Positions 27,098 to 36,666 of a stretch of DNA of 64,000 nt are shown piece by piece (positions within the stretch are counted from its first letter, which is position 1; every line of letters begins with the position of its first letter). The DNA lies in contig CAZJNH010000007.1 of NCBI GenBank assembly GCA_964547425.1, positions 4,981-68,980 on the forward strand. Reading direction: 5' to 3'. The DNA is from an uncultured Candidatus Saccharibacteria bacterium. Its GTDB lineage: Bacteria > Patescibacteriota > Saccharimonadia > UBA4664 > CAZJNH01. Below the pieces are notes generated by a model that saw only the letters and a program-made list of their open reading frames with translations, was not told the DNA's origin and made no database searches. The translations under genes were made by a program, and so were the position numbers.

Positions 27098-28168
27098 ATG
27101 GTGTTTTATTTCCACGCGGTGGCTGGCCAGGCGGTCGCTCCTTTTTTCTTTGGCGTTAACCCGGCAGGGATCCCGATCTCGAGCAACGTTCTTGAGTTGT
27201 TTGTAATTAACGGTTTTACGGCGGTGACGATGTTTTTTGTTTTAAGCGGCTTCGTTTTTACCTACGGCGCCCTTAACTCACCAAAGGCCGATTGGAAGAA
27301 TTTCTACGTGAATCGTGTGCTGCGTATCTATCCGCTGTTTATTTTGGTGAACTTGCTGGCGCTGCACTTCCAGTCTAACCATCTGCCGATCACTAAGTTG
27401 CTAATGAACTTAGTGGGCATCGGTAATTATGGTGCCAGCTATGGCAAGTTCGATATTGTGCTGTGGGCGATTGCTGTTGAGCTGCAGTTTTACGCTATTT
27501 TCCCGCTGCTGATCAATCTGCTAAAACGCAAGGGTGTGAAATACCTAATTGGGTTGATTGGTTTAATGGTGGCGATCCGACTTGGAATCAAGCTACATGG
27601 TTCAAGTCTCCACGATCCAGTTTATTTGACCCTAATCGGACGCTTGGACCAGTTCTTAATAGGCATGGTAGCGGCCTGGTACGTTAACTCGCGCGGCTGG
27701 TTAAGCTCGGAAACGGTCAAACCGAAACTGAAAATGGCGCTGGGACTATTCGCTTCCGTGGTTGTGCTGGCCGGTTTGTTGTGGCTGTATATGGCTACCG
27801 GTTGGAAGTATGGCGACTCATATTGGCAGGTCGTTTGGCCAACGCTGGAAGGATTGGCCTGGGTGGCCATCGGCATCTATTTCGTCGGGCTGGTGCGTCA
27901 TCGCAAAATCCGCTGGCTAAAGCTTTTCAGCTGGGTTGGCGTTGTCAGCTACTCTATTTACGTTTTGCACTATCCAATCATAAAAACGCTGCAGCCTCGA
28001 GTCGCCATCAACTGGCCGGCTCACCATTTACTGGGAGGGATATTGTCGTCAAGCTTTATTTATTTCCCTGCTTCGTTGCTGGCCGCCGCTTTGGCGTATA
28101 ACTTTATCGAAAAACCGGCCCTTAAACTTCGAAAAGATTACATATCAAAGAAGAGCCAGAAGGCTTAA
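27098..28168 (+). CDS. acyltransferase-3-family membrane O-acyltransferase; true start probably upstream of the annotated ATG
   Basis: VLRIYPLF and multi-TM topology. The family's conserved N-terminal motif (IRYIPELDQLRGIGALMV) lies in frame immediately upstream of the ATG at 27098, but with no canonical start codon before the in-frame stop at 27020. Confidence 0.7.
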   Translation: MVFYFHAVAGQAVAPFFFGVNPAGIPISSNVLELFVINGFTAVTMFFVLSGFVFTYGALNSPKADWKNFYVNRVLRIYPLFILVNLLALHFQSNHLPITKLLMNLVGIGNYGASYGKFDIVLWAIAVELQFYAIFPLLINLLKRKGVKYLIGLIGLMVAIRLGIKLHGSSLHDPVYLTLIGRLDQFLIGMVAAWYVNSRGWLSSETVKPKLKMALGLFASVVVLAGLLWLYMATGWKYGDSYWQVVWPTLEGLAWVAIGIYFVGLVRHRKIRWLKLFSWVGVVSYSIYVLHYPIIKTLQPRVAINWPAHHLLGGILSSSFIYFPASLLAAALAYNFIEKPALKLRKDYISKKSQKA

Positions 28169-30006
28169 CGGACGACGACGGCTTGGTTGCTGACGCCGGG
28201 AACGGCGTTCATGTTGCCAAGGAGCGCGCCGGCCGACCAGTAGGATTTACTGCCGTACCACGCGTCGTTGACCCAAAAGCCTGAGGGGTTCGACTTGCTG
28301 CCGACGACGCCGTAAACCACCCGGGCGTGCATCGCGGTAGTGGTTCTGACGACTCCTGATGAAGTGTTCCAGGAGTCTGGTCCGTCGGCGCCAATGTGGC
28401 CCCAGACCTCGACTGGATTTCCGGCGTAAACCTGAGCCGCGATGAATGCCGCTGAGACCCCGTAGTATGAAGTGGCGCCGCGGCCATAGCTTCGGGCTGC
28501 GGCCGCGATCGGTTCAGAGAAGACGCCATAGCCAACTTTCCAGTCGAAGGTATCAATATAGCCGACGAAGGTTGAATGAGGATTGTCCCAAGTGTTGGTC
28601 GACATATTGCGAGCCCGCGGATGGTAACCAATTTTGCCGACGATCGTCATCTCCGAGGTTTGGATGCCACGGTAGGCCAAAAGCATCCTTAGCGAGGTTA
28701 GTTCGCAACTGCGCCCGTAAGGTTGTTTATAAAGAGGGACATTAAGCATTTTGACCTGTGCGATTGTGGTGTAGGAGCCGCTGAGAACCCGGGTGCTGGG
28801 TAGTCCCCACTCCGGCGCGACGCCCGGGTTTAGCTGGAAGGTATAGCCAGTTTGGTAGCCTTCCCCTGAGGGGCTAAAAGTCATAGTGTTCCCCGACCAG
28901 CTAATATGCCCGGATAGTTTGGGGCTAGTGCCGAAACGGTGTTCGGCTGAAACGTGTGAGACTGGCTGGTCGAAGGTGATGTGCATTGGTGTGTTTAACG
29001 AAACCGTGCCGCCGGGGTAAAAACTGGCGGTGACCGCACCGTTGGTAGCGAACTGGAACTTTCGGGTGGCCTCAAAAACTCCCCCGAGTTTAGACTTGAT
29101 GCCCTTTTTGACGGTGTAGGTGTAGGTTTTACCTGGAGAAACGGAATCCGGCACGTAACGGTAAGTGCGATTGCTCGCCCAGCTGCCTTTACCGGCAAAA
29201 TCAAACTTAAATCCATCGGAGGTTTGCTCCATCGCCTGGTCGAAGGTGATATCGACGGTTTGACCGCGGGTGAAATGATCGCCATGCCGGGCCCTGAGGA
29301 TGACGGGTGGTGTTACGGTGGTGAACTTCGAGCCTACCACCAGGCGTCTTCCTGCTGGCAACGTCGGGTCTTCGACGGCAAAGGTGTATAGGGTGCCTTG
29401 TTTGAGCGGCGCGACCGGCTCCCACTCCAAGGTCTGCCCGGCCGAAATTTGCTTGAGCTCTGCTTTAGGAGTTAACGTCGCGACCAATTTGCGGGGATAT
29501 CTTTCGGCATCTGACTGTACAATTGTTAGCTTGGTGGTCGTCGAAACGTCTTTGGAGTTGTTAGCCGGGGAAATACTTCTGATCCCGGCCGAAATCTCGG
29601 TGGTAAAGGCTTGGTCTATATCGGGCAAAGGCGCTTTGGTCACCGCCCGTTTCAGACCGGTTAAGTGGATCGTGTAGGAGTAAGCAACTTTGAATTTAGT
29701 GTCGGGCACAAATACCGCTTCATATACTCCGAGCGGCGTGTGTTTTTGCTCCCACTGCCCCGGTATTTGGGGAGAAATAGTGGCGGTATAGCTCGGCGCG
29801 ATATCCTGGTTGAATCTGACTTTGACCGGGCCCTCAATCGCCACCGAGTCCCGATTGAGGATGGTTGCCTTAAACGGCAGTTGGGTTCGGCCGACAAAAA
29901 TGGCGGCGGAAACGACAAATAAGGCCACAGGAGCCCATATAGGGCTGGGCCTGAACATCCGCATTAGTAATTTAAACTTCGGTTTGCGGAGCAAGCATCC
30001 CCTCAA
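28165..30006 (-). CDS. membrane-anchored protein with Ig-like domains and a C-terminal C39-like (papain-fold) peptidase domain
   Basis: N-terminal TM, several ~90-aa beta-sandwich segments, and C-terminal LNVPLYKQPYGRSCELTSLRMLLAYRG, which resembles the Peptidase_C39_2 catalytic-Cys region. 613 aa. Confidence 0.5.
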   Translation of the reverse strand: MRGCLLRKPKFKLLMRMFRPSPIWAPVALFVVSAAIFVGRTQLPFKATILNRDSVAIEGPVKVRFNQDIAPSYTATISPQIPGQWEQKHTPLGVYEAVFVPDTKFKVAYSYTIHLTGLKRAVTKAPLPDIDQAFTTEISAGIRSISPANNSKDVSTTTKLTIVQSDAERYPRKLVATLTPKAELKQISAGQTLEWEPVAPLKQGTLYTFAVEDPTLPAGRRLVVGSKFTTVTPPVILRARHGDHFTRGQTVDITFDQAMEQTSDGFKFDFAGKGSWASNRTYRYVPDSVSPGKTYTYTVKKGIKSKLGGVFEATRKFQFATNGAVTASFYPGGTVSLNTPMHITFDQPVSHVSAEHRFGTSPKLSGHISWSGNTMTFSPSGEGYQTGYTFQLNPGVAPEWGLPSTRVLSGSYTTIAQVKMLNVPLYKQPYGRSCELTSLRMLLAYRGIQTSEMTIVGKIGYHPRARNMSTNTWDNPHSTFVGYIDTFDWKVGYGVFSEPIAAAARSYGRGATSYYGVSAAFIAAQVYAGNPVEVWGHIGADGPDSWNTSSGVVRTTTAMHARVVYGVVGSKSNPSGFWVNDAWYGSKSYWSAGALLGNMNAVPGVSNQAVVVR

Positions 30007-30032
30007 CTAAGCATTAGCATTAAGGTACAATA

Positions 30033-31229
30033 ATGAGGATGAAGTTTCAACCTACGGAGCGCCAAAAAGATCTAGCTGCTGTAGTAGTGCTTGTACTTAT
30101 TGTTCTGGCGGTTTTTTTGTGGCCCTCTAAGCGCCAATCTCCCAAGAAAGCGGCCCAAGCGCCCAGCCAATCAAGTAATGTCGCTCGTCCAGCTTCGGTC
30201 GCGTATAGCGTTAAGCCTATCGCCGGCGGCCTGTTTGTGCCGTGGAGCATCGTATTTCCTTCTAAGGATCGCTTTTTGGTTAGCGAACGCTCAGGGGCGA
30301 TTCGAATTATTAGGTCCGGACATTTGCAGTCTCATCCTCTTGTCACTTTTGGAGTTTCCGACCAATCCGAAGAAGGCTTGATGGGCCTGGCGCTCGATCC
30401 AGACTACTCTGTCAACAAATTGCTTTATGCCTGTTACGCCTACTCCCGAGGTGGCTCTTTGATCGACCGGGTAGTCAGATTCGTTGACCATGGTAGCTCA
30501 GCCGGGCCCCAACATATCGTCATCGACGGGATTCCGGCGGCGCTCAACCACGCCGGTTGCCGATTGGGGTTTGGCCCCAAAGACCATAAGCTGTACGTCA
30601 CGACCGGAGATGCTACCAATCGCAGTAACCCCCAGAATTTGGGCTCACTCGGCGGGAAAATCTTGCGCGTTAACGGTAACGGCTCGATTCCGTCCGACAA
30701 CCCTTTCGCCCACTCCCCAGTTTGGACGCTGGGCCATCGCAATCCTCAGGGAATCGCTTGGCAGCCCGGTACCAACCAGCTTTACGAAACCGAGCACGGC
30801 CCGACCGCCGGAGTTGATGGTGCCCCTGGCGGAGATGAAGTTAACATTATCATTAAAGGCCACAACTACGGCTGGCCGATCGTTAGCCATAATGAAACCG
30901 ACAAACGCTTCGTAACGCCGCTTTTGGTGTTTACTCCGGCCATCGCGCCGTCTGGCGCCACCTTTTATACTTCCGACGTTTTACCTCAATTCAAAAACAA
31001 CCTGCTGTTCGCCGCCCTAAAAGGTTCAGGTGTCTACCGGGTAATATTCGACACCAAGAACCGGGCCAAGATTATTGTCGATAAGAAAATCCCCGACATT
31101 AACGTCGGCCGGGTGCGGGATGTCGAACAGGGGCCCGATGGCGCGCTCTACATTCTGACCTCCAACCGCGATGGCCGCGGCACCGTCCGTCGCGGCGACG
31201 ACCACGTTTACCGCATCGCTCCCAGATAG
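30033..31229 (+). CDS. PQQ-dependent soluble sugar (aldose/sorbosone) dehydrogenase-family beta-propeller, membrane-anchored
   Basis: GLMGLALDPDY and GHRNPQGIAWQP motifs in a six-bladed propeller. N-terminal TM. Confidence 0.75.
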   Translation: MRMKFQPTERQKDLAAVVVLVLIVLAVFLWPSKRQSPKKAAQAPSQSSNVARPASVAYSVKPIAGGLFVPWSIVFPSKDRFLVSERSGAIRIIRSGHLQSHPLVTFGVSDQSEEGLMGLALDPDYSVNKLLYACYAYSRGGSLIDRVVRFVDHGSSAGPQHIVIDGIPAALNHAGCRLGFGPKDHKLYVTTGDATNRSNPQNLGSLGGKILRVNGNGSIPSDNPFAHSPVWTLGHRNPQGIAWQPGTNQLYETEHGPTAGVDGAPGGDEVNIIIKGHNYGWPIVSHNETDKRFVTPLLVFTPAIAPSGATFYTSDVLPQFKNNLLFAALKGSGVYRVIFDTKNRAKIIVDKKIPDINVGRVRDVEQGPDGALYILTSNRDGRGTVRRGDDHVYRIAPR

Positions 31230-31299
31230 ATTGTTAAAACCGACATATGAATGCTTGACCGCTCGTGCTTTACTTTAGGGGTAATTAAAGGAGTGAGTT

Positions 31300-31491
31300 A
31301 TGGCAAAAGGCAAGATCACAGAGATTCATAAGGGCGGCCCGTTTGGCGGTTATTTCATAACCTTTATTGGCGCCGCGGTATATTTCGTGCAGCATTCGGT
31401 CGGTTTTTGGGGTGGCGTAGTCGGTATACTCAAAGCGTTGGTCTGGCCGGCGTTTGTGGTGCATAGCGTCCTGGGTTTGCTAAAACTTTAA
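31300..31491 (+). CDS. small membrane protein (2 TM)
   Basis: 63 aa, with a GGAGTG ribosome-binding site 6 nt upstream. Followed 10 nt later by the next gene. Confidence 0.45.
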   Translation: MAKGKITEIHKGGPFGGYFITFIGAAVYFVQHSVGFWGGVVGILKALVWPAFVVHSVLGLLKL

Positions 31492-31501
31492 GGAGGTAAC
31501 A

Positions 31502-32005
31502 ATGCAGAAAGTAATTCCATTCATTTGGTTTGAAGGAAATGCCGAAGAGGCAATGAATTTTTACGTAGAAACTTTCCCTAATTCGAAGATTCAACAGATC
31601 GAGCGCTACGAAAGCGGAATGGGTATCCCCGGCGAAGATGCACTAAAAGGTAAGGTTTTGACCGGAGTGTTCGAAGTTTATGGCCTAAGGATGATGTGTC
31701 TGGACGGTCCTTCGAACGTTTTTAAGCCGGGCGGGAACATGTCGTTACTGGTGGAACTTGATACTCAAGAGGAGCTAGATAAAGTCTGGGAAAAATTGCT
31801 CGACGGCGGCAAGACCCAACAGTGCGGCTGGATCACCGACAAGTTTGGTACCACCTGGCAAATTACGCCAAAAATACTTAGTGAGATGATGAGCGACATA
31901 AGCGCGACGGCCGAGCAGAAAAAAGCCATAACCGCGGAGATGATGCCGATGGTTAAGCTGGACGGCCCGAAACTCAAAGCAGCCTTTGATCGGGCTAAAG
32001 CTTAG
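31502..32005 (+). CDS. VOC-family protein (PhnB / 3-demethylubiquinone-9 methyltransferase-like)
   Basis: IPFIWFEGNAEEAMNFY ... TWQITPK is the pattern of the PhnB-like glyoxalase-fold family. Confidence 0.65.
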   Translation: MQKVIPFIWFEGNAEEAMNFYVETFPNSKIQQIERYESGMGIPGEDALKGKVLTGVFEVYGLRMMCLDGPSNVFKPGGNMSLLVELDTQEELDKVWEKLLDGGKTQQCGWITDKFGTTWQITPKILSEMMSDISATAEQKKAITAEMMPMVKLDGPKLKAAFDRAKA

Positions 32006-32271
32006 CTGCCGAACCGCTTTATTGCCCGCGCGTGGGCTTTGGCTGCCTCAACCTTACGGTCGCGCGGATTGGTCGTGGTTATAAGAGAACCCAGAAGCTT
32101 CGATGAGGCCTGTGAAATATCGGCGACGGCCCGGTCGAACGCTTTTTGATTGGCGTCCGAGGGTTCCCTGTATCCGGATATTTTCCTCACAAACTGCAAG
32201 GAAGCTTCGTGGATCTCCGCGTGGCTTGCCGGCGGATCGAAGTTGTATAGGACCTTAATGTTTCTGCACAT
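32002..32271 (-). CDS. hypothetical small protein
   Basis: 89 aa, no motif. Confidence 0.4.
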   Translation of the reverse strand: MCRNIKVLYNFDPPASHAEIHEASLQFVRKISGYREPSDANQKAFDRAVADISQASSKLLGSLITTTNPRDRKVEAAKAHARAIKRFGS

Positions 32272-32329
32272 ACTCTAATTATACCTCTTGACCTTGCTTG
32301 ATTACTAAAATTATTGTCTAATGTAGCTA

Positions 32330-33370
32330 ATGGATATTAACAATCTATCCAATCGAACGATCTTTCGATTCCTGCTAATGATCTCGGCCTTCGTCGGGTT
32401 GGCGTTTGTTGTAATGAGGATGCACCGTGAGCTTATTTGGCTGGTATCGGCTTTTTTCTTGGCATTGGCTCTTAACCCAGCCGTCGCTTGGCTGTCGAGG
32501 TACATGCCGAAAAAAAAGCGCGGTTTGGCCGCGGGCGCGGTTTTTGTGGCAGCTCTCGGAGTAGTTGTCTTTATGATAGTGACGCTGATACCTCCGTTGG
32601 TTGATCAGACCCAGTCCTTGGTTAGAGCTTTGCCCAGCCTCGCCGACCGGCTTCAGACCTCGAGCAGTCCGCTTGCTCAATTCGCTCGCCAGCATGATTT
32701 GGTTGGGGCAATCAAAAACAATCAAAACCAAGTTATATCCAAGGTTTCCTCGCTATCCGGTTCTTTTGCCGACGTCGCGCGCAGTATCGCGTCTAGCTTG
32801 ATCGCTACATTAACTGTTCTGGTTCTGACCTTTTTTATGGTTGTCGAAGGACCCGACCTGATTAGTAGCTTCTGGAAACTTCATCCACCCAAACTTCGCG
32901 AACACCGCCAGAAGCTGGCGGCGCAAATGTATAAAGCTGTAACCGGCTACGTCTCCGGCAACCTCCTGACTAGTTTAGTTGCCACGGTCGCCGCCTCGAT
33001 TGCTTTAACCGCGGTCGGAATGCGTTTCGCTATTCCGCTGGGCATTGTGGTCGGTATTTTTGACCTGATTCCGCTGGTCGGGGCGACCTTAGCCGCCGTC
33101 GTTGTCTGCGGTTTGACACTGCTTTACACCAACTTTTCGACCGCTCTGATAATGGCAATATTCTTTGTCGTCTATCAGCAGGTTGAGAATCACTTCCTGC
33201 AGCCGCTGGTTTATTCCCGGACCGTCAAAATGTCGCCGCTGACCGTACTGGTTTCGGCGATTCTCGGCGCGTCGCTAGCTGGACTGCTGGGCGCGCTGCT
33301 AGCAATCCCGGCGGCCGCAAGTATTATTATCCTCGCCAAAGATTATTTCGTCCGCCATCCAAGAGATTAG
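32330..33370 (+). CDS. AI-2E-family transporter (PerM-like permease)
   Basis: 346 aa, 8 TM helices. The C-terminal LQPLVYSRTVKMSPLTVLVSAI ... G region is typical of AI-2E/UPF0118. Confidence 0.7.
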   Translation: MDINNLSNRTIFRFLLMISAFVGLAFVVMRMHRELIWLVSAFFLALALNPAVAWLSRYMPKKKRGLAAGAVFVAALGVVVFMIVTLIPPLVDQTQSLVRALPSLADRLQTSSSPLAQFARQHDLVGAIKNNQNQVISKVSSLSGSFADVARSIASSLIATLTVLVLTFFMVVEGPDLISSFWKLHPPKLREHRQKLAAQMYKAVTGYVSGNLLTSLVATVAASIALTAVGMRFAIPLGIVVGIFDLIPLVGATLAAVVVCGLTLLYTNFSTALIMAIFFVVYQQVENHFLQPLVYSRTVKMSPLTVLVSAILGASLAGLLGALLAIPAAASIIILAKDYFVRHPRD

Positions 33371-34728
33371 ATTTTGGTGCGGCGCCAGCGCGGGCCGCGG
33401 TCGGTATCCTCTACGGCTATCCCGTCTTTTATTAGCCGGCGTCTTATTTTATCGGCCTGGTCAAAGTCTTTGTCCTGCCTGGCCGATTCGCGCTCAGTGA
33501 TAGTCGTTTTTTGATTGTCGGTAATATCTTTGCGGCCGGTTAATTTAAGACCAAATAGCTCATCGAGCCTCGAGAGTGTTTTTTCGTTTGGAACCTTGCC
33601 CTTGTTGATGAACTTGTTTAGCTCAGCCAATGCCTCAGGGGTGTTTAGGTCGTCTTTGATCGCCGCCTCGATGGTTGATAAATCCAAATCGCTCCCCTTG
33701 TCCTGGAACTTCAGGTCAGCCCATCCATAAATATCGAGCAAATTATTCTGGGCACCTTTTAACGCTTTCCAGGTGAAGTTCTGCTGGCTGCGATAGTGTG
33801 ACGAAAGCATAAGTAGCCGGAATGCCAGCAGGCTGACTTGCTCCTCAATATCATCAAGTTTAAAAATATTGCCAATCGACTTACTCATTTTCTGGCCGTC
33901 GACCATCATATGTTGGGCGTGGACCCAGATTTTGGCGAAGGGTTTGCCGGTGGCCGCTTCGGATTGGGCGATTTCGTTTGGATGATGGACGCCAATGTGG
34001 TCGACTCCGCCGGCGTGGATGTCGATGGTTTCACCGAGATACTTAATTGCCATAGCGGAGCACTCCAGGTGCCAGCCCGGGAAGCCTTTGCCCCAAGGAC
34101 TGTCCCACTCCATGTCTCGTTTTCCAGTTTTAGGCGAAAATTTCCATAAGGCAAAGTCGGTGTGATGTTTTTTTTCTGGGTTATGCTCTACTCGCGCCCC
34201 GGCCAGCTGTTCGTCAACTTTTATACCGGCTAGCTTGCCGTAGTCTTTGAATTTGGCGGTGTCAAAGTAAATGCCGTCACCGATTTGGTAGGTATATCCC
34301 CTCTCCTCTAACTGCTTGATTAGCTCGATTTGTTCTTCGATGTGATCGGTTGCTTTTGGTAATTTAGTGGGTCGCACAATATTGAGACGTTCCAGGCCTT
34401 GTTCAAACTTTTCGCTATTTTCCCCAGCTACTTCCCAGGCCGTTTTGCGTTCTTTTTTGGCCTCGAGTTCTAACTTGTCCTCCCCTTCGTCGGCGTCGCT
34501 GGTTAAATGGCCAACATCGGTGATATTTAAGATGTGATTAACTTTGAGACCGAAGTACTTTAAGGAGCGATGGAGGGTGTCATAAAAGATAAAGGTGCGC
34601 CAGTTGCCGATGTGGGGCTCCTGGTAAACCGTCGGCCCGCAGGTATATATAGTAACTTTTGGCGGATCAAGCGGCTGGAGCTCCTCAGCTTTTCGGCTAA
34701 GCGTGTTGTAAAGCTTCATGTTCTTCAA
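33367..34728 (-). CDS. cysS: cysteine--tRNA ligase
   Basis: YTCGPTVY ... HIGN (HIGH-class) and KMSKS motifs, with the Zn-binding Cys pattern of CysRS. 453 aa. Confidence 0.9.
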   Translation of the reverse strand: MKNMKLYNTLSRKAEELQPLDPPKVTIYTCGPTVYQEPHIGNWRTFIFYDTLHRSLKYFGLKVNHILNITDVGHLTSDADEGEDKLELEAKKERKTAWEVAGENSEKFEQGLERLNIVRPTKLPKATDHIEEQIELIKQLEERGYTYQIGDGIYFDTAKFKDYGKLAGIKVDEQLAGARVEHNPEKKHHTDFALWKFSPKTGKRDMEWDSPWGKGFPGWHLECSAMAIKYLGETIDIHAGGVDHIGVHHPNEIAQSEAATGKPFAKIWVHAQHMMVDGQKMSKSIGNIFKLDDIEEQVSLLAFRLLMLSSHYRSQQNFTWKALKGAQNNLLDIYGWADLKFQDKGSDLDLSTIEAAIKDDLNTPEALAELNKFINKGKVPNEKTLSRLDELFGLKLTGRKDITDNQKTTITERESARQDKDFDQADKIRRRLIKDGIAVEDTDRGPRWRRTKI

Positions 34729-35707
34729 CTAGTTTAGTCAGTTTAGCGGTGATTATCTTTTTTACATCCTCAAGTTTTTGATCATCAACCCGGATTCCGG
34801 CGGCGCGGGTGTGCCCTCCACCTCCCATCGACTGTGCGACCTTATCTACCCCATCGATCTCGGAGCGTAATGAAATCTTGATCTTACCACCGTAATCCCG
34901 CAAAAATGCCGATACTAGTACGTTTTGGCTAAACAAAGCTTCTTTATTAACCAAATCGGCGGGGTCATGCATTTCCGAAAACTCTTTTAGCTCAGCAGGT
35001 GTCGCCCAGTTAACGGCCACTTTGCCCTCAGCGACAAATTCGACTCTTTCAAGCAGCTGTCCTTTATAGTGTAATAAATCTGGAGAAAGCGCGTCCGCGG
35101 CACGTTTGCGGGCGTATAGTTCATGCAAATCGGCACCGGCATCAACTAAATCGGCTACCGTTCTGACGGCCGCGGCGGTGGAATTAGTATTCGTGAAACC
35201 GGCGGTATCGGCCAGGATTCCCGAAACTAGGCTAGAGGCAATTTCCGGTGTAACCTTCCAGCCGAGCTCCTGGCTGATGCCATAGATAAGTTCGGTGTTA
35301 GCCGCGCAACTGGGGTCGATGATCTCGTCCGCCGGGAACGGCATGGCTTCGCGGGTAAGATGGTGGTCGATGATCGCGAATGGCCGTTTGGTTAGAGCCG
35401 CTTGATGTTTTTCCAACGTTCTCAAAATCATATTCGGTCCGCCGGTATCGACGAGGATCGTTAGGTCAAATTCTTTCGGAAAGGTATCGGTCACCCGGTC
35501 CCAGCCGTCGAGTACGCGGATGTAGCCCGGAATTTCGTCTTGGCAGTACATGACGACTTTCTTGCCGAGATTTTCCAAGAAAGCTTCTAGTGCCAGGCTG
35601 GACGAGAGGCTGTCGGTGTCGGGTTTTTCCGGCTGCAATATTAAGACAGTCTTAGTATTAGCTATTAACTCTTCGAGTTTTTTGATTTGGGTTTTGAGAT
35701 TACTCAA
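34697..35707 (-). CDS. DHH/DHHA1 phosphoesterase (NrnA-like nanoRNase / pAp phosphatase)
   Basis: AIIDHH (DHH motif) and the GGGGH DHHA1 motif. Confidence 0.75.
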   Translation of the reverse strand: MSNLKTQIKKLEELIANTKTVLILQPEKPDTDSLSSSLALEAFLENLGKKVVMYCQDEIPGYIRVLDGWDRVTDTFPKEFDLTILVDTGGPNMILRTLEKHQAALTKRPFAIIDHHLTREAMPFPADEIIDPSCAANTELIYGISQELGWKVTPEIASSLVSGILADTAGFTNTNSTAAAVRTVADLVDAGADLHELYARKRAADALSPDLLHYKGQLLERVEFVAEGKVAVNWATPAELKEFSEMHDPADLVNKEALFSQNVLVSAFLRDYGGKIKISLRSEIDGVDKVAQSMGGGGHTRAAGIRVDDQKLEDVKKIITAKLTKLVEEHEALQHA

Positions 35708-36302
35708 ATTTTTGCCGGCCCTGTAGGGCGCGTCCTAAGGTTATCTGATCAGCGTACTCCAGGTCGCCGCCAACGGGCAAGCCGCGGGCTAAGCGGGTAA
35801 TGGCGATTGGTTTGTCGCCGATCGCCCGGCGGATATACATAGCAGTTGCCTCGCCTTCGGTTGAAGGGTTGGTGGCTAGGATAATTTCTTTGACCTGTCC
35901 GCTGCCCAGCCGGTCGAGTAAGGTTTTAACTTGCAACTGGTCGGGCCCAATGCCATCGATCGGTGAGATGACGCCGCCTAGCACATGGTAGCGGCCGCGG
36001 AACAGCCCGGTTTTTTCGATCGCCACAACATCAAGCGGTTCTTCGACCACGGCGATGACGTCATCGTGGCGGTCGGAGCTAGCGCAGATCGGGCACTGCT
36101 CGCTGTCGGTTAAGTTGAAGCAGATCTGGCAGTGTTTGAGTGATTGCTTTAGATCGAGCAAGGCTTCACCCAGGCTGGAGGCGTCATCCCCTTCAGAACG
36201 CACCAAATGAAAAGTTAGCCGTTCGGCGGTTCGAGGGCCGACGCCGGGCAAACGGGCTAGCTCGTCAATTAGACGCTGAACTGAAGGCGGAATTAGTTGC
36301 AT
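35700..36302 (-). CDS. recR: recombination protein RecR
   Basis: PGVGPRTAERL helix-hairpin-helix, C4 zinc finger CQIC ... CPIC, Toprim domain. Confidence 0.95.
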   Translation of the reverse strand: MQLIPPSVQRLIDELARLPGVGPRTAERLTFHLVRSEGDDASSLGEALLDLKQSLKHCQICFNLTDSEQCPICASSDRHDDVIAVVEEPLDVVAIEKTGLFRGRYHVLGGVISPIDGIGPDQLQVKTLLDRLGSGQVKEIILATNPSTEGEATAMYIRRAIGDKPIAITRLARGLPVGGDLEYADQITLGRALQGRQKFE

Positions 36303-36308
36303 TCGCCG

Positions 36309-36593
36309 CTACTGACCGGCTCCCATATCAATACCGCTGGATTTGGCCACTTCTGCCATAGCCTCAACGCTGCGGCGGATAATTTGGTTAAAGCCCGACT
36401 CGAGCCATTTTTCGAGCTGAGAGTTGCCGGCGTCTTTGGCTTTGTCTTCGTTAATCGTGACCTTGGTGATTTGCATCGCGGCGTTGGCTTCGAGTTTAAC
36501 CGCCCCGTCGCCAGCCTCGACCTCAATCTTCTCCTTGGCCAAGTCTTTAGCTAACTTTAGCTGCGCGCCTTTTTGCTTGATACCTTCGAACAT
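36309..36593 (-). CDS. ybaB: nucleoid-associated protein YbaB/EbfC
   Basis: 94 aa with YbaB-family conservation. Adjacent to recR and dnaX, as in most bacteria. Confidence 0.85.
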   Translation of the reverse strand: MFEGIKQKGAQLKLAKDLAKEKIEVEAGDGAVKLEANAAMQITKVTINEDKAKDAGNSQLEKWLESGFNQIIRRSVEAMAEVAKSSGIDMGAGQ

Positions 36594-36624
36594 TGTGCCT
36601 CCTGTTGTTCATCCTTATTTTACA

Positions 36625-36654
36625 TTGCCTTAATCTGTCTGACGATAGTACAAT
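36625..36654 (+). promoter_or_regulatory. sigma70-like promoter TTGCCT -18 nt- TACAAT upstream of the glycosyltransferase gene
   Basis: TTGCCT at 36625-30 and TACAAT at 36649-54, with an 18-nt spacer, 12 nt before the ATG at 36667. Confidence 0.45.
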
Positions 36655-36666
36655 GGTTATGCTTAT

